NCBI RefSeq assembly: GCF_036321535.1
Contig: NC_087440.1
Span: 32,178,001 to 32,242,000, forward strand
Source of the DNA: Camelus dromedarius
Lineage: Eukaryota
Length of the DNA: 64,000 nt
Direction: 5' to 3'
This document shows, piece by piece, positions 25,690-35,459 of the stretch. Every line of letters begins with the position of its first letter. Within the stretch, counting starts at the first letter, position 1. A model generated the notes under the pieces. It saw only the letters and a program-made list of their open reading frames with translations, was not told the origin of the DNA and made no database searches. The translations under genes and the position numbers were made by a program.

Positions 25690-26140
25690 GCGGGGGGCGG
25701 GAGTAACAGCTTGGGGGGGGGGGGCAACAAGTCTAGTGCGGGGAAACCTGGAAAGGAAAGAAGGCGGGGTAGGCGGGGCGTCGAGAGCAGAGCGGGGAAG
25801 GAGTGGCGGGGTGGGCGGAGTCGGCAGGCGGGGAGTGGAGAGACTGGCAGAGGTGGCGAGATGGGGAGGGGGAGGCGGGGCGATGGAAACGCGCCTCTCG
25901 AGCTCTAGAGGGAGCCCTGGCTGGACCGCCTCCTCGCGCCCCTCCGCCCCTCACCTCTCCCCGGTCTGTCCCCGCCTCCTCCAGTGCCTCCACTCCCACT
26001 ACCCGGGAAGGCCGTGCAGGGCGCGAGCGCTGCTTTCGCTTTCTCTTCCCGGTGCCCACTCCTCGCTCCGCGTGCGGCGCTAGGCCCCCGCCCCGGCCAT
26101 GGCCACGCTCAGGGTCCAGCCTGAAGCCCAAGCCAAGGTG
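25690..26140 (+). promoter_or_regulatory. PSME1 CpG-island promoter with ISRE/IRF-E
   Basis: G-rich GC boxes at 25690-25885; GCTTTCGCTTTC (tandem GAAA repeat) at 26032-26043; GAS-like TACCCGGGAA near 26000-26009. Confidence 0.8.
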
Positions 26141-28592
26141 AGCGCCGCGGGTTCGAGGAAGGGCTTATCAGGGAGGCGTGGCTGGGAAAGGCTGCAGGCG
26201 TCCTAGACCCGCCCCCCCCCAGCCCCCCCGACCCGAGTCGGGGTCAGTCGTCGGAGTTCCTCGTGAGCCCCCGTACCCAGAGCACCTGAGCCCGGGGAGC
26301 CCAGCCAGGTCTGCCTGCGGGGAGAGAGAGGCGAGGCGGCCGAGGTTCAGCGGGGTGAGGTGAAGCGGCGCGCTGGCGTGGAGGGGAAGTCCGCTGGCCC
26401 GGCGCCGGGCCCACACACAGACGGGGAGACTCCCCGCCCTGCCACCATGGGGGGCCCCGCCACTCCACAGGGCACTCCGATCCCGCCCCAGTCGCTGCGG
26501 CTCTCTTACATCCCTCCTCACCCAGTCCAGGAGACCCGAGGGATCTGTTCCCACTTGAACCCCTCGCCCTTCACCACCACGAATATTCTCGTTCCCCAAA
26601 TCCTGCCCCACGGGGACTACTCCAACCTTCCCCAGGTCAGGCCCTCCACAACCCAAAGGGTCCTCGAATGAACTGGCCATAAAGCCAGGTGTCTGAAGGG
26701 ATGCCTGTGTCCCGCAGGTGGATGTGTTCCGGGAAGACCTGTGTACTAAGGTAAGACCTGCCTGGTCACCACTCCATCTCTACCCTGTCCCACTGCTCAA
26801 CCCTTCCTTGCTGGGCAGTGGCAAGCCCTGGGTCGCTGCCTTGGAAAAAGACATTTGATTCTGACCCCCATCCTCCTCCCACCACTACTTCACAACAGAC
26901 AGAGAACCTGCTTGGGAACTATTTCCCCAAGAAGATTTCTGAGTTGGATGCATTTTTAAAGGTACTGGGACTGGGCAGGGAATAGAGAGTAGGGGGCAAG
27001 GGTAGAGTCTGGGGAGCCATGAGAGTGAGGAGGTGAGATTTCGCCCCTGCCTCCAGCCCTTCTCCCACCCTGCACCAGGAGCCAGCTCTCAATGAATTCA
27101 ACCTGAGCAATCTGAAGGCCCCTCTGGACATCCCAGTGCCCGATCCAGTCAAGGAGAAAGAGAAGGAGGAGCGGAAGAAACAGCAGGAGGCAAGTCAGGA
27201 AGAAGTGAGAGGAGGGACCCAACCCTGGGGAAAATCAGCCTTAGGGCTGACTCCCAAGAGCACCCCTCTCCCTACAGAAGGAAGACAAGGATGAAAAGAA
27301 GAAAGGGGAAGATGAAGATAAAGGTATGACTATGGTGGAAGGGACTTGAGTCTCACCTCCCAGGATCTCCTCTCTAAGGATGCCTCTTCCCTGCCCCTCA
27401 CAGTCCCCGCCATGTGACTGACCCAGTGCCCACTTCCTAGGTCCGCCCTGTGGCCCAGTGAACTGCAATGAGAAGATCGTGGTCCTCCTGCAGCGGCTGA
27501 AGCCTGAGATTAAGGATGTCATTGAGCAGCTCAACCTGGTGAGCCCTCCTACTTCCATCCCCAGGCTTCAGATCAAACCCTCTGTCCTCCTTCACCCCTG
27601 CCAGTTAGGGCATGGCACCTGCCAGGTCTTAGCAGGAGAGGGCACAGCAAGCAAAGCCAGAATTCCAGGCCCTGGGGTGCAGGATGGAGCTGGCATACAC
27701 TCACTGTGGGCAGGGAAACAAAGGAGGACAGGAATCTGGGAATTGGGTTAGGGGCTGATGGGGCTTTGCTGCTATTCCCTCCTATCAGGTCACCACCTGG
27801 TTGCAGCTGCAGATACCTCGGATTGAGGATGGGAATAATTTTGGAGTGGCTGTCCAGGTGAGAGTGCTGCCCAACTCTTCTCCCTGCCTTACCTCTCCAG
27901 TCCATGCTGCTTTCCACTTCCCCTCTTGCTTTCTTTCCCCAGGAGAAGGTGTTTGAGCTGATGACCAGCCTTCACACCAAGCTGGAAGGCTTCCACACTC
28001 AGATCTCCAAGTGAGTGACTACAGTGACTGCCCACCTGCACCAGCATGCACACTCTGCCTTTGACTGGTATGGGGGCCTAGGCTCCCTCCTCCTCCCACT
28101 CCACTCCCTTCTACTTCCCACAGGTATTTCTCTGAGCGGGGTGATGCCGTGGCCAAAGCAGCTAAGCAGCCTCATGTGGTAGGTGAGGCCCAGGTCAGGG
28201 TGTGTGGGAGGAGGGACACATCTGGTCAGGCCTGACCCGTGTCTCCCGCAGGGTGATTATCGGCAGCTGGTACATGAGTTGGATGAGGCAGAGTACCGGG
28301 ACATCCGGCTGATGGTCATGGAGATCCGCAATGCTTATGTGAGGAGGCGAGGGCAGGGGTGGGCAGAAGCAGCTTTCCCAGGCCACCTACTCCCTGACCC
28401 TGCAGGCTGGGGGTGAAGGGTAACAAAGCTCAACCTTTCCACAAGGCTAGAAATGGGGCACAGTGGCACTGGGGGCCTGCAGCTGACCCCCACTCCTCCC
28501 TGGCCCCATAGGCTGTGTTATATGACATCATCCTGAAGAACTTCGAGAAGCTCAAGAAGCCCAGGGGAGAAACAAAGGGGATGATCTATTGA
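26099..28592 (+). CDS. PSME1: Proteasome activator subunit 1 (PA28 alpha), 249 aa, 11 exons
   Basis: Exons 26099-26137, 26718-26750, 26899-26961, 27079-27189 (GC donor), 27278-27323, 27441-27538, 27789-27857, 27943-28010, 28124-28178, 28252-28338, 28512-28592; 750 nt. KEKE linker, activation loop IPRIEDGNNFG, C-terminus KGMIY*. AATAAA at 28710-28715. Confidence 0.98.
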
Positions 28593-28709
28593 AAGCCTCC
28601 TCATTCTGTGATGGGTCCAGCAGAGACCTTCCAGACTTTCACAGGGGACTCCAGACTTGCCCCACCTTCTGCCTGTTGAGGTTTCTCCCTCACCTTGTCT
28701 CCCGGGCAC

Positions 28710-28755
28710 AATAAATATAGTCATACCACTGCCCAACAACCCAAGTCTCTTTATT
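28710..28755. terminator. Closely spaced poly(A) signals of convergent PSME1 (+) and EMC9 (-)
   Basis: AATAAA at 28710-28715 and TTTATT at 28750-28755. Confidence 0.85.
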
Positions 28756-28784
28756 GGATCCTGAGCCTCCCCGCTGGCCCTGGC

Positions 28785-30858
28785 TCAGGTATTTCCATTG
28801 GTGGGACCAACCCACTGGGTGATTTGGGCATTGAGCTGCTGGTTGGTCCAATCTTCCCGGATGTCATCAAGGTGGCAGTCAAAGTCCACAAGGTGCTGGT
28901 GGGCCCGGCCCTCCAGTAATGCTCCTACCATCTGCCGTGACTCTTCCCAGTCCCTCCACATCACTCTGAAATAATAACCCCCATGGAGGTCAAACCCAGC
29001 AGGCAGTGGGGCCAGACAATTGGCAGAGGTTAGGGTCCAGAGAAGGACCCTTGGGGCAGAACCAAGGACAGAGGAGGCCCAGGAGCTGTGGGCTTCCAAG
29101 AAGAGGTAGAGGGAGTGGGGCACTCACAAGTTCTTGTCCTTGGGGACCCAGCGGAGACCATGGTTCTCTAGGACGATAACTGGGGGCACGTGAGGCTGGG
29201 GCACCAGTTTCTGATTATCCAACTGTGTGGACAGGGAAGGGCAGTTGAGGGTTTCAGGGATGCCCCTTCCTACTTTCTTTCNNNNNNNNNNNNNNNNNNN
29301 NNNNNNNNNNNNNNNNNNNNNNNNNNNNNNNNNNNNNNNNNNNNNNNNNNNNNNNNNNNNNNNNNNNNNNNNNNNNNNNNNNNNNNNNNNNNNNNNNNNN
29401 NNNNNNNNNNNNNNNNNNNNNNNNNNNNNCACATCCATCTGAGCTGGGCATCCCAGATCCCATAGACATGGACCCAGTGATGGCCTTTCTGTGTAGCTGG
29501 CCTAGGCGCATCAGGCCTGCTTGATGTTTCGTGCATGGCTGCTTGATGCTTGAGTGCTGTGGGAAACAGGAGCTCAGACAAAGCTGGTGAGAGTGAAAAT
29601 CTAAGATGGTCTTTTTAGAGAGTAATTTGGCATAACCACTCAGATTTATACTGTATATTATGTATGCTTATCTAGAATTTCTACTTACAAAGAATTTATT
29701 GTAATAATAGAACAGTGTATGTAATCACCAAAAAATTGGAAACAACCTCAATGTTTAATGTAAGGCATTAAGGTACATCCATATTCATACTATATAACTG
29801 TTAGGGTAAGGTAGATATTGGTGTAGAGATGGAAGGATGTCAGATATTTATTAAGGAGGGAAAAGCAAATTACAGAACAGTATGATTTGATCCAGATACA
29901 TGATTACTATATAAGTAGATAACTTTTTCTATATACAGTTGACCCTTGAACAACAAAGAGGTTAGGGCACAGACCCTCCAGCAGTTGAAAATCCACAGAT
30001 AACTTTACAGTTGGGCCTTCCCTATTCTGGATTCCACACAGATTCAACCGCTGCGGATCCCACTCAGTGAAAAAGTTCTGCCTATTAGTGGCCCCCCACA
30101 GTTCAAACCCTTGTCATTCCATGGTCAACTGTATATGTAAAAAGAAACTCCCTTTTTGATAAGTTGCTGGTTGGACTTCGTCTGTGTTCTTTCAGCACTT
30201 GGGGGACAACTCAATAAGTGTCAGCCTGTCCTTATTGAAACTCATTTGTCCTTCCCACTACCATGGCAGCTCCTCCAGGAAAGTATGTTTCTTTGTATTC
30301 CGTCACTGCAGTACCCATCCTAGTGCCTGGTGTGCAGTGCCTACTCCTAAGCTTTCGATGAAGGAAAGATGGAAGGAATGACCAAAAGGGGTTCTCTTGA
30401 CCCCACCCCACCCCCAATAACCCTTAGCCTTCTGCCTCTGGCTACCCAACTCACCTCTGATCGTCCAAAGCTGCATTGGCATGGTAGTACCCAGCCACTA
30501 CCAGCCCGGCCTGGGCGCCCCACACATCCACCTGCCATGGGAAAGGGGCCATCAGTAACCCGCCCTGTGGGTGCGCACTATTGCCAAGAGGCCAGGGATG
30601 GGCTTGGGCTAGGGGTATTAGGGGGGTTCGCGATGGTCAATGGGCGTCCAGAGGCGGCACCTGGTTGAGAGCGACCTCCAGCATGACAGACAGGGCCAGG
30701 TGGCTGTGGAATAGGGGCACACAGTCGGTGAGGCACAGGCATTCTCCCGACCGCGGCGCCGGCGCCAGCAGTAGCCCGTTGACAGCAGCGTGCGGATACC
30801 GGGCGGCGTGCAGGCACATCTTCACGTAGGCCTGGGCAGAGATCTCCACCTCCCCCAT
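28785..30858 (-). CDS. EMC9: ER membrane protein complex subunit 9 (about 206 aa); one coding exon hidden in an N gap
   Basis: Minus-strand exons 30858-30661 (MGEVEISAQAYVKMCLHAARYP...), 30531-30455 (VDVWGAQAGLVVAGYYHAN...), 29222-29128 (LDNQKLVPQP...), 28965-28785 (VMWRDWEES...NGNT*). Phase requires a further 3n+1-nt exon (70 nt in the ortholog) between 30455 and 29222, which is not visible. Minus-strand AATAAA at 28750-28755. Confidence 0.95.
29282..29429. other. Assembly gap (148 N); other gaps at 18128-18265, 54410-54545 and 54839-54970
   Basis: N runs visible in the sequence. Confidence 1.
29936..30131. mobile_element. TcMar-Tigger MITE (Tigger2-like) in an EMC9 intron
   Basis: Terminal inverted repeats CAGTTGACC...GGTCAACTG with TA duplications on both sides. 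Confidence 0.85.
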
Positions 30859-30859
30859 G

Positions 30860-31500
30860 GCAAGCAGGGCCCCAGCTCGCATCCACGAAGCCCCCTCCAG
30901 AGCCCCAGAGCCCTCTTGGGCTCTTCCCTGTGCCCCCTCACTTAGGTTCGACGGTGACGCTGACTCGGCTCAAAGGTAGCCCGCTGGCTCCGGCGGACCT
31001 CAGCCCGGCGCCTGGCCCCCACTCGGTCCGGAATGCAGCCGGCCGGGATTGCACGTTGCAGCACCGAACTCCACCTCCCCTCCGCCCTCCAGCGGCGCCC
31101 GCAGAGCTGCGCCTGCCTGCGGGACACACAACCGGAGACTCCAAGTTGGACTGGCTTCCTGAGTCCCGCCCACGCAGTGCTCTTTGATAGGCTTAGAGGG
31201 TCTCGTTTTGTCCAATTACCAGCCGCATCCAGCTTGCCCCGCCTTTGTCTCCAGCGGACTGGAAAGAACCCCCAACTGTAAACTAAAGAAAGCTGCCCGC
31301 ACGCTGATTGGCTACGATACCCCACTTCGGCTCTTCATTGCAGGATGGCTGCGCCTGTCACCTGTGCCGCCCGCCCCTACCGGCCCCGCTGAGCCAGCTG
31401 GGTGGAGCCCGTGCCCCGCGTCCAGAGTCTCTGAGTGGAGCTTCGAACGTGGGCGTGTAGGCTGGTTCCTGCTATAGAATGAGTGGATTTGTACTCAAGA
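30860..31500 (-). promoter_or_regulatory. EMC9 CpG-island promoter and 5' UTR
   Basis: CpG-rich tract immediately upstream of the EMC9 ATG. Candidate minus-strand UTR donor GTGAG at 30941-30937. CCAAT/ATTGG boxes near 31212 and 31308. Confidence 0.7.
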
Positions 31501-32149
31501 GAGGCTCTGCCGCTTACTAATGAGTCGTGTTACTTTGGCGACTACAGGCTATCTGGCCCTTGATTTATTCCGTGTAATAGCTACAGAAATAAAGATGGCA
31601 TTGGCTGAGGAACGGGGGTCAAGGTCAAAAAGAATTTTATAGACCCATCCTTCCCACAATGTTCTGTGGTATAATTTCCTTCACCGTAATGCCTTGAGAG
31701 CATTTTTTCCCCTCCCAGCCCTCGAGGAGTCCAACCATTCACCCATAATTCTCCCAATGAAACCTCATTCTCCTTTGAGGCATGCTTTGAGCTGATGGCA
31801 AAGGTTGTTCCTTTCTTCATCCCCTGACTTCATCTGCAGACCTTTCCCCCTATCTATCCAAAGCTTGATTATTCCTTTAAGGGGTTGACCCAAATGCCAC
31901 CTCTTACAGGAAGCACTCATGAGAACCCCCAGATGGAAATAATCTTGTGAAATTCCCAAATGCAGGTATCTTCATGACTGTTATGGCATGTAACAGTTTC
32001 CACCCTGTTCTTTAGGATGACTTCTTAAGAACAGGATGGACCTGTTCATCCTTGTCTTCCTGGCACCCCTCCCCTTCCCCAACACCACATTCACATTTAG
32101 TGTCTGGACATAGGTGACACTAGTAAATGATCCCCCCACCCCGCCCCTG

Positions 32150-32225
32150 CCAATGGAGCACTGGAACCCAGGACCTTGTACACACCAAGCATGCACTCTA
32201 CCACTGGGCTATATTCCCACCCCCT
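32150..32225 (-). mobile_element. Short Vic-1-like SINE just downstream of the PSME2 poly(A) site
   Basis: Reverse complement of GAATATAGCCCAGTGGTAGAGTGCATGCTTGG...GGTCCTGGGTTCCAGTGCTCC. Confidence 0.8.
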
Positions 32226-32310
32226 ATAAATGCTTTCTGAATGAATGACATACACCAGAGGTAATCCACACAAAGTATATAGGTCATTTATTTCCCTTCT
32301 AACCCTGGGC

Positions 32311-35300
32311 TCAGTACATAGATGGCTTCTCTTCACCCTTTGGGTTGACAATTTTCTCTAGGTTGCTGCTGATAATATGGTAAAGCTCAGCCTGGAAGAA
32401 GGCCAAAGGGCAACAGTCAGGTTCTGGCCTTTCTCCTGCACTCCTCACCCACCTCCCTTAGGGGCTTATTCCAGACTCACATAGAAGGCCCTCAGGTCCA
32501 GCACCATGGCCCTGAGCTCCCCATAGGCTGCCTCATCTCGCTCGTGCACCAGGGCCCGGTAATCCATCTGGGATGTGGGAGGCAAAGCTGAGTCAGCCCC
32601 ATGGGAGGTTGGGACGTTAGTCTGGTTTCCTCATATAGGGAATAGGTAACTTGAGGAATCAGTTTTTCTCAGCACCAAGAAATGGGATCCCACAAGATCA
32701 GAGAAAGGGGTCAAGGTTTTTGAAGGCCAAATCAGTTTTCCTAGGCAATACTTTTGGCTTAATATTCTCCACATTGGGAAGGTCATAAACAAGATAAGGA
32801 GAACCTCTAACCCCCCTTCCTCACCCCACCCCCAGCCAGCCTCAGCTAGAAGGCTGGTGGACTATCTACTCACTACATGGGTCTCCTTAGAAGCCTTGGC
32901 CACAGCATCCCCACGTTCTGAGAAGTACCTGCAGGAGGCAAGGGGAGGAACCACAGGTATGGAGATTAGAGAGAGATACTCCCTCAGACCCTTCCCAAAG
33001 TGCCCCCATCATCCCAATGGGAGTGCCCAGCTTTGGGAGTCCCAAGAAATGTCACTGCAGACTCCTGTGCTGGCCCTCCAGCTGCCCTTACTTGGAAATG
33101 GTTGTCTGGAAGGCTTCCACTTTGGTCTTGACTGCATTTACCCTCTCCAGAACCTTTTCCTGTGGTGATGAGAGAAAACACTTCATCTCCTCCCTCCTTC
33201 ACTCATGTCTCCCTCCCCCTACCCAGTTCATGTCTAGTTCCTCACTCCCCAAGTCTCTCCCTGCTCTCAATATCCTCACCCACCCTTTCTTACCTGGATT
33301 GCTACCCCAAAGTCATTTCCATCCTCAATTTTGGGGATCAGGTGTTGGATCCATGTGATCACCTACATAAAGAGAGATCATGTAGGAACCATTCAATGAA
33401 CTCTCTTGGTTCTTATTATCGAGGCTTCCTAATAATAGCTACATTTCTCTGAGTACTGATTATGTGCCAAGCACTCTGCCATGTATTATATATCTCATTT
33501 AATCTTCACTGCAACCTTTCAAGGTATATATTATTACTATATCCACTTAACAGATTTAAAAAACTGAGTCACAGAATGTCTAAGTGACTCATGCAAGGTA
33601 ACCAGTTAGGTTAAGTGTTAGAGTCAGGCTTTGAACCAAGGCAGTCTCCCTTTAGGGCCCAAGCCCTTAAACCAACTCACTGCAGTGTGTACCCAGTACA
33701 GCAGTAGGTTCTGAGGTTATGGAGATGGATGCAGCACAGTCTGATTTGGGGAACACCACTGTGATACCAGAGGTCTAATAGAAGGAGGAGAACAAAAGGC
33801 ATCTACCCCCAAGGCACTGAAGGAAGCTTCCTATTTTGGGAACAGGTTCCTGAATGAAGGACTTGCATCTCTGAAAGAGACCAGGGCCTGGCCTTGCTTG
33901 TCTTCTCTATTTCCCCCAGTTCCCAGGCTTACCAGAATGCATTTTTCTTTGAGAGTCCAGACTTCTGGCTTAATCAGAGCAAGCAGGGCCAGGACCTTCT
34001 CATTCCCAGGAAGGAAGCCGCACTTAGGGACTGTGGGAAAGAAGGAATTTAGACCTCTCCTCATCCATCAGTTAATGTGCCATTTCCCTTTCCCCATCCA
34101 CCCCTTCCTCTCTTACCTTCTTTCTTCTCCTGTTTATCCGTTTCCATCTAAGACAAAAAGTGGGAGAGTAGCTTTAGATGAGTCATGGAAGTTGGAAAGA
34201 CCATCATCAACACTAGGTTTAGAGTTGGAGCCCCACACCCTGGGTGCCTCACCTCATCATCCTTGGGTGGAGGGTCTGGGATGGGGATGTCCAGTGGGCC
34301 CCGGAGAGAAGTCAGGTCAGTCACATTGAGGGAGTCCTCCTGCACAGACCTCACTGTCAGGGCTGCCTAGCATCTTCCCCTCATCCCAAGTCACATCCCT
34401 CCATACAGCCCACCCGCCCTCTGCCTCCCAACCTAGGCTCAGGCCTCACACTATCCAGCTGTTCCCAGGCCACCATGGGAAACTGTTCTCTGCATTCTGG
34501 GCCCAGCTGTTAGCTAGAGAGGGTGGATGTAGAGGAGAGAAGCCGTGGGATGGACCAGAGGGGTCCACACTACTCACCTGCAAGAGCTGATTCAGGTATA
34601 TGATTTTCTGAGGCAAGAATCTGTAGAGGAATTCCTCAGCCTGTGGGTTACATTGCAAGGGTGGGAATCACAGAAGACCCTCAATGAGATGTCTGGGAAG
34701 TGGGACTGGAAGGGCCCTTGGAAATCATTGAATCCAACACTTACAAATGAGGAAACTGAAGCCCTGAAAAGTGAAGGGACTTGCCCAAGCTGGGGAGCGG
34801 CAGCACCAAGGTTTGATCTGCAGTATTACTGCTTTGAGGCCACAGCTTTTCCCTCCACACCAAAAGAGGGGAGAGGAAGTGGTGGAAGTGGGGAAAGTAT
34901 TAATCAAAGTAAAGGTAGAGATCAATAATTAGTTTATCTTGGGTGGAGGTTTGGATAAGCGAAGACCCCTGGTGGAAAGTGGGTTTAGGGGTCATTCTGA
35001 GAAGTTGCAACCCTCCAGTACTGATCTTAGATTCTGGGTCAAATCGCTAGAATCCAGAAGACTTACCTCCTGGAAAAGATTTTGCCTGAAGACATCCACC
35101 TGCACAGAGAACAGTACCCAGATGTTGGTTAAGGGTCTCAGTTGTCCAGAGTAAGATCCCACTCCCAGTGGGATGCCCTCCAACTTCGGTCAGGCCTTTC
35201 CTACCACAAGCCAGATTTCCCTGAAAACCCATGCTCAGTGCAGAGACTGGCCAGAGGGCAGGAATCTGAGAGTTCCCAGGCAGAAGTGAAAGCACTTAAA

Positions 35301-35456
35301 GAGATTGGGAGATTGCTCTGGCACGGCCTTGGTCCTCTGGAACACACAGTTTGGCCTCCATTCCGGAGGGCTCCCCGGCCCCTTCCTGGCCTCCTGGTCC
35401 CCCATTACCTGTTTGCGGGCTTCCCCGCTCAGGCGCACCCCACAAGGTTTGGCCAT
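32311..35456 (-). CDS. PSME2: Proteasome activator subunit 2 (PA28 beta), 239 aa, 11 exons
   Basis: Minus-strand exons 35456-35409, 35099-35067, 34640-34578, 34339-34253, 34147-34117, 34030-33933, 33362-33294, 33159-33092, 32928-32874, 32567-32481, 32391-32311; 720 nt. [16 protein letters not shown]...[11 protein letters not shown]...KPSMY*. Minus-strand AATAAA at 32287-32292. Confidence 0.98.
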
Positions 35457-35459
35457 GCT

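Noticed and set aside
29124-29581. ORFs containing X runs (also 17920-18376 and 54348-54980)
   Set aside because: Artefacts of translating through N gaps.
28785-30858. EMC9 as a pseudogene
   Set aside because: All visible exons are intact with canonical splice sites; the missing exon coincides with a gap.
32314-35400. Intronic miRNA in PSME2 (a human annotation I recall)
   Set aside because: I could not identify a convincing hairpin by eye, so it is unsupported here.
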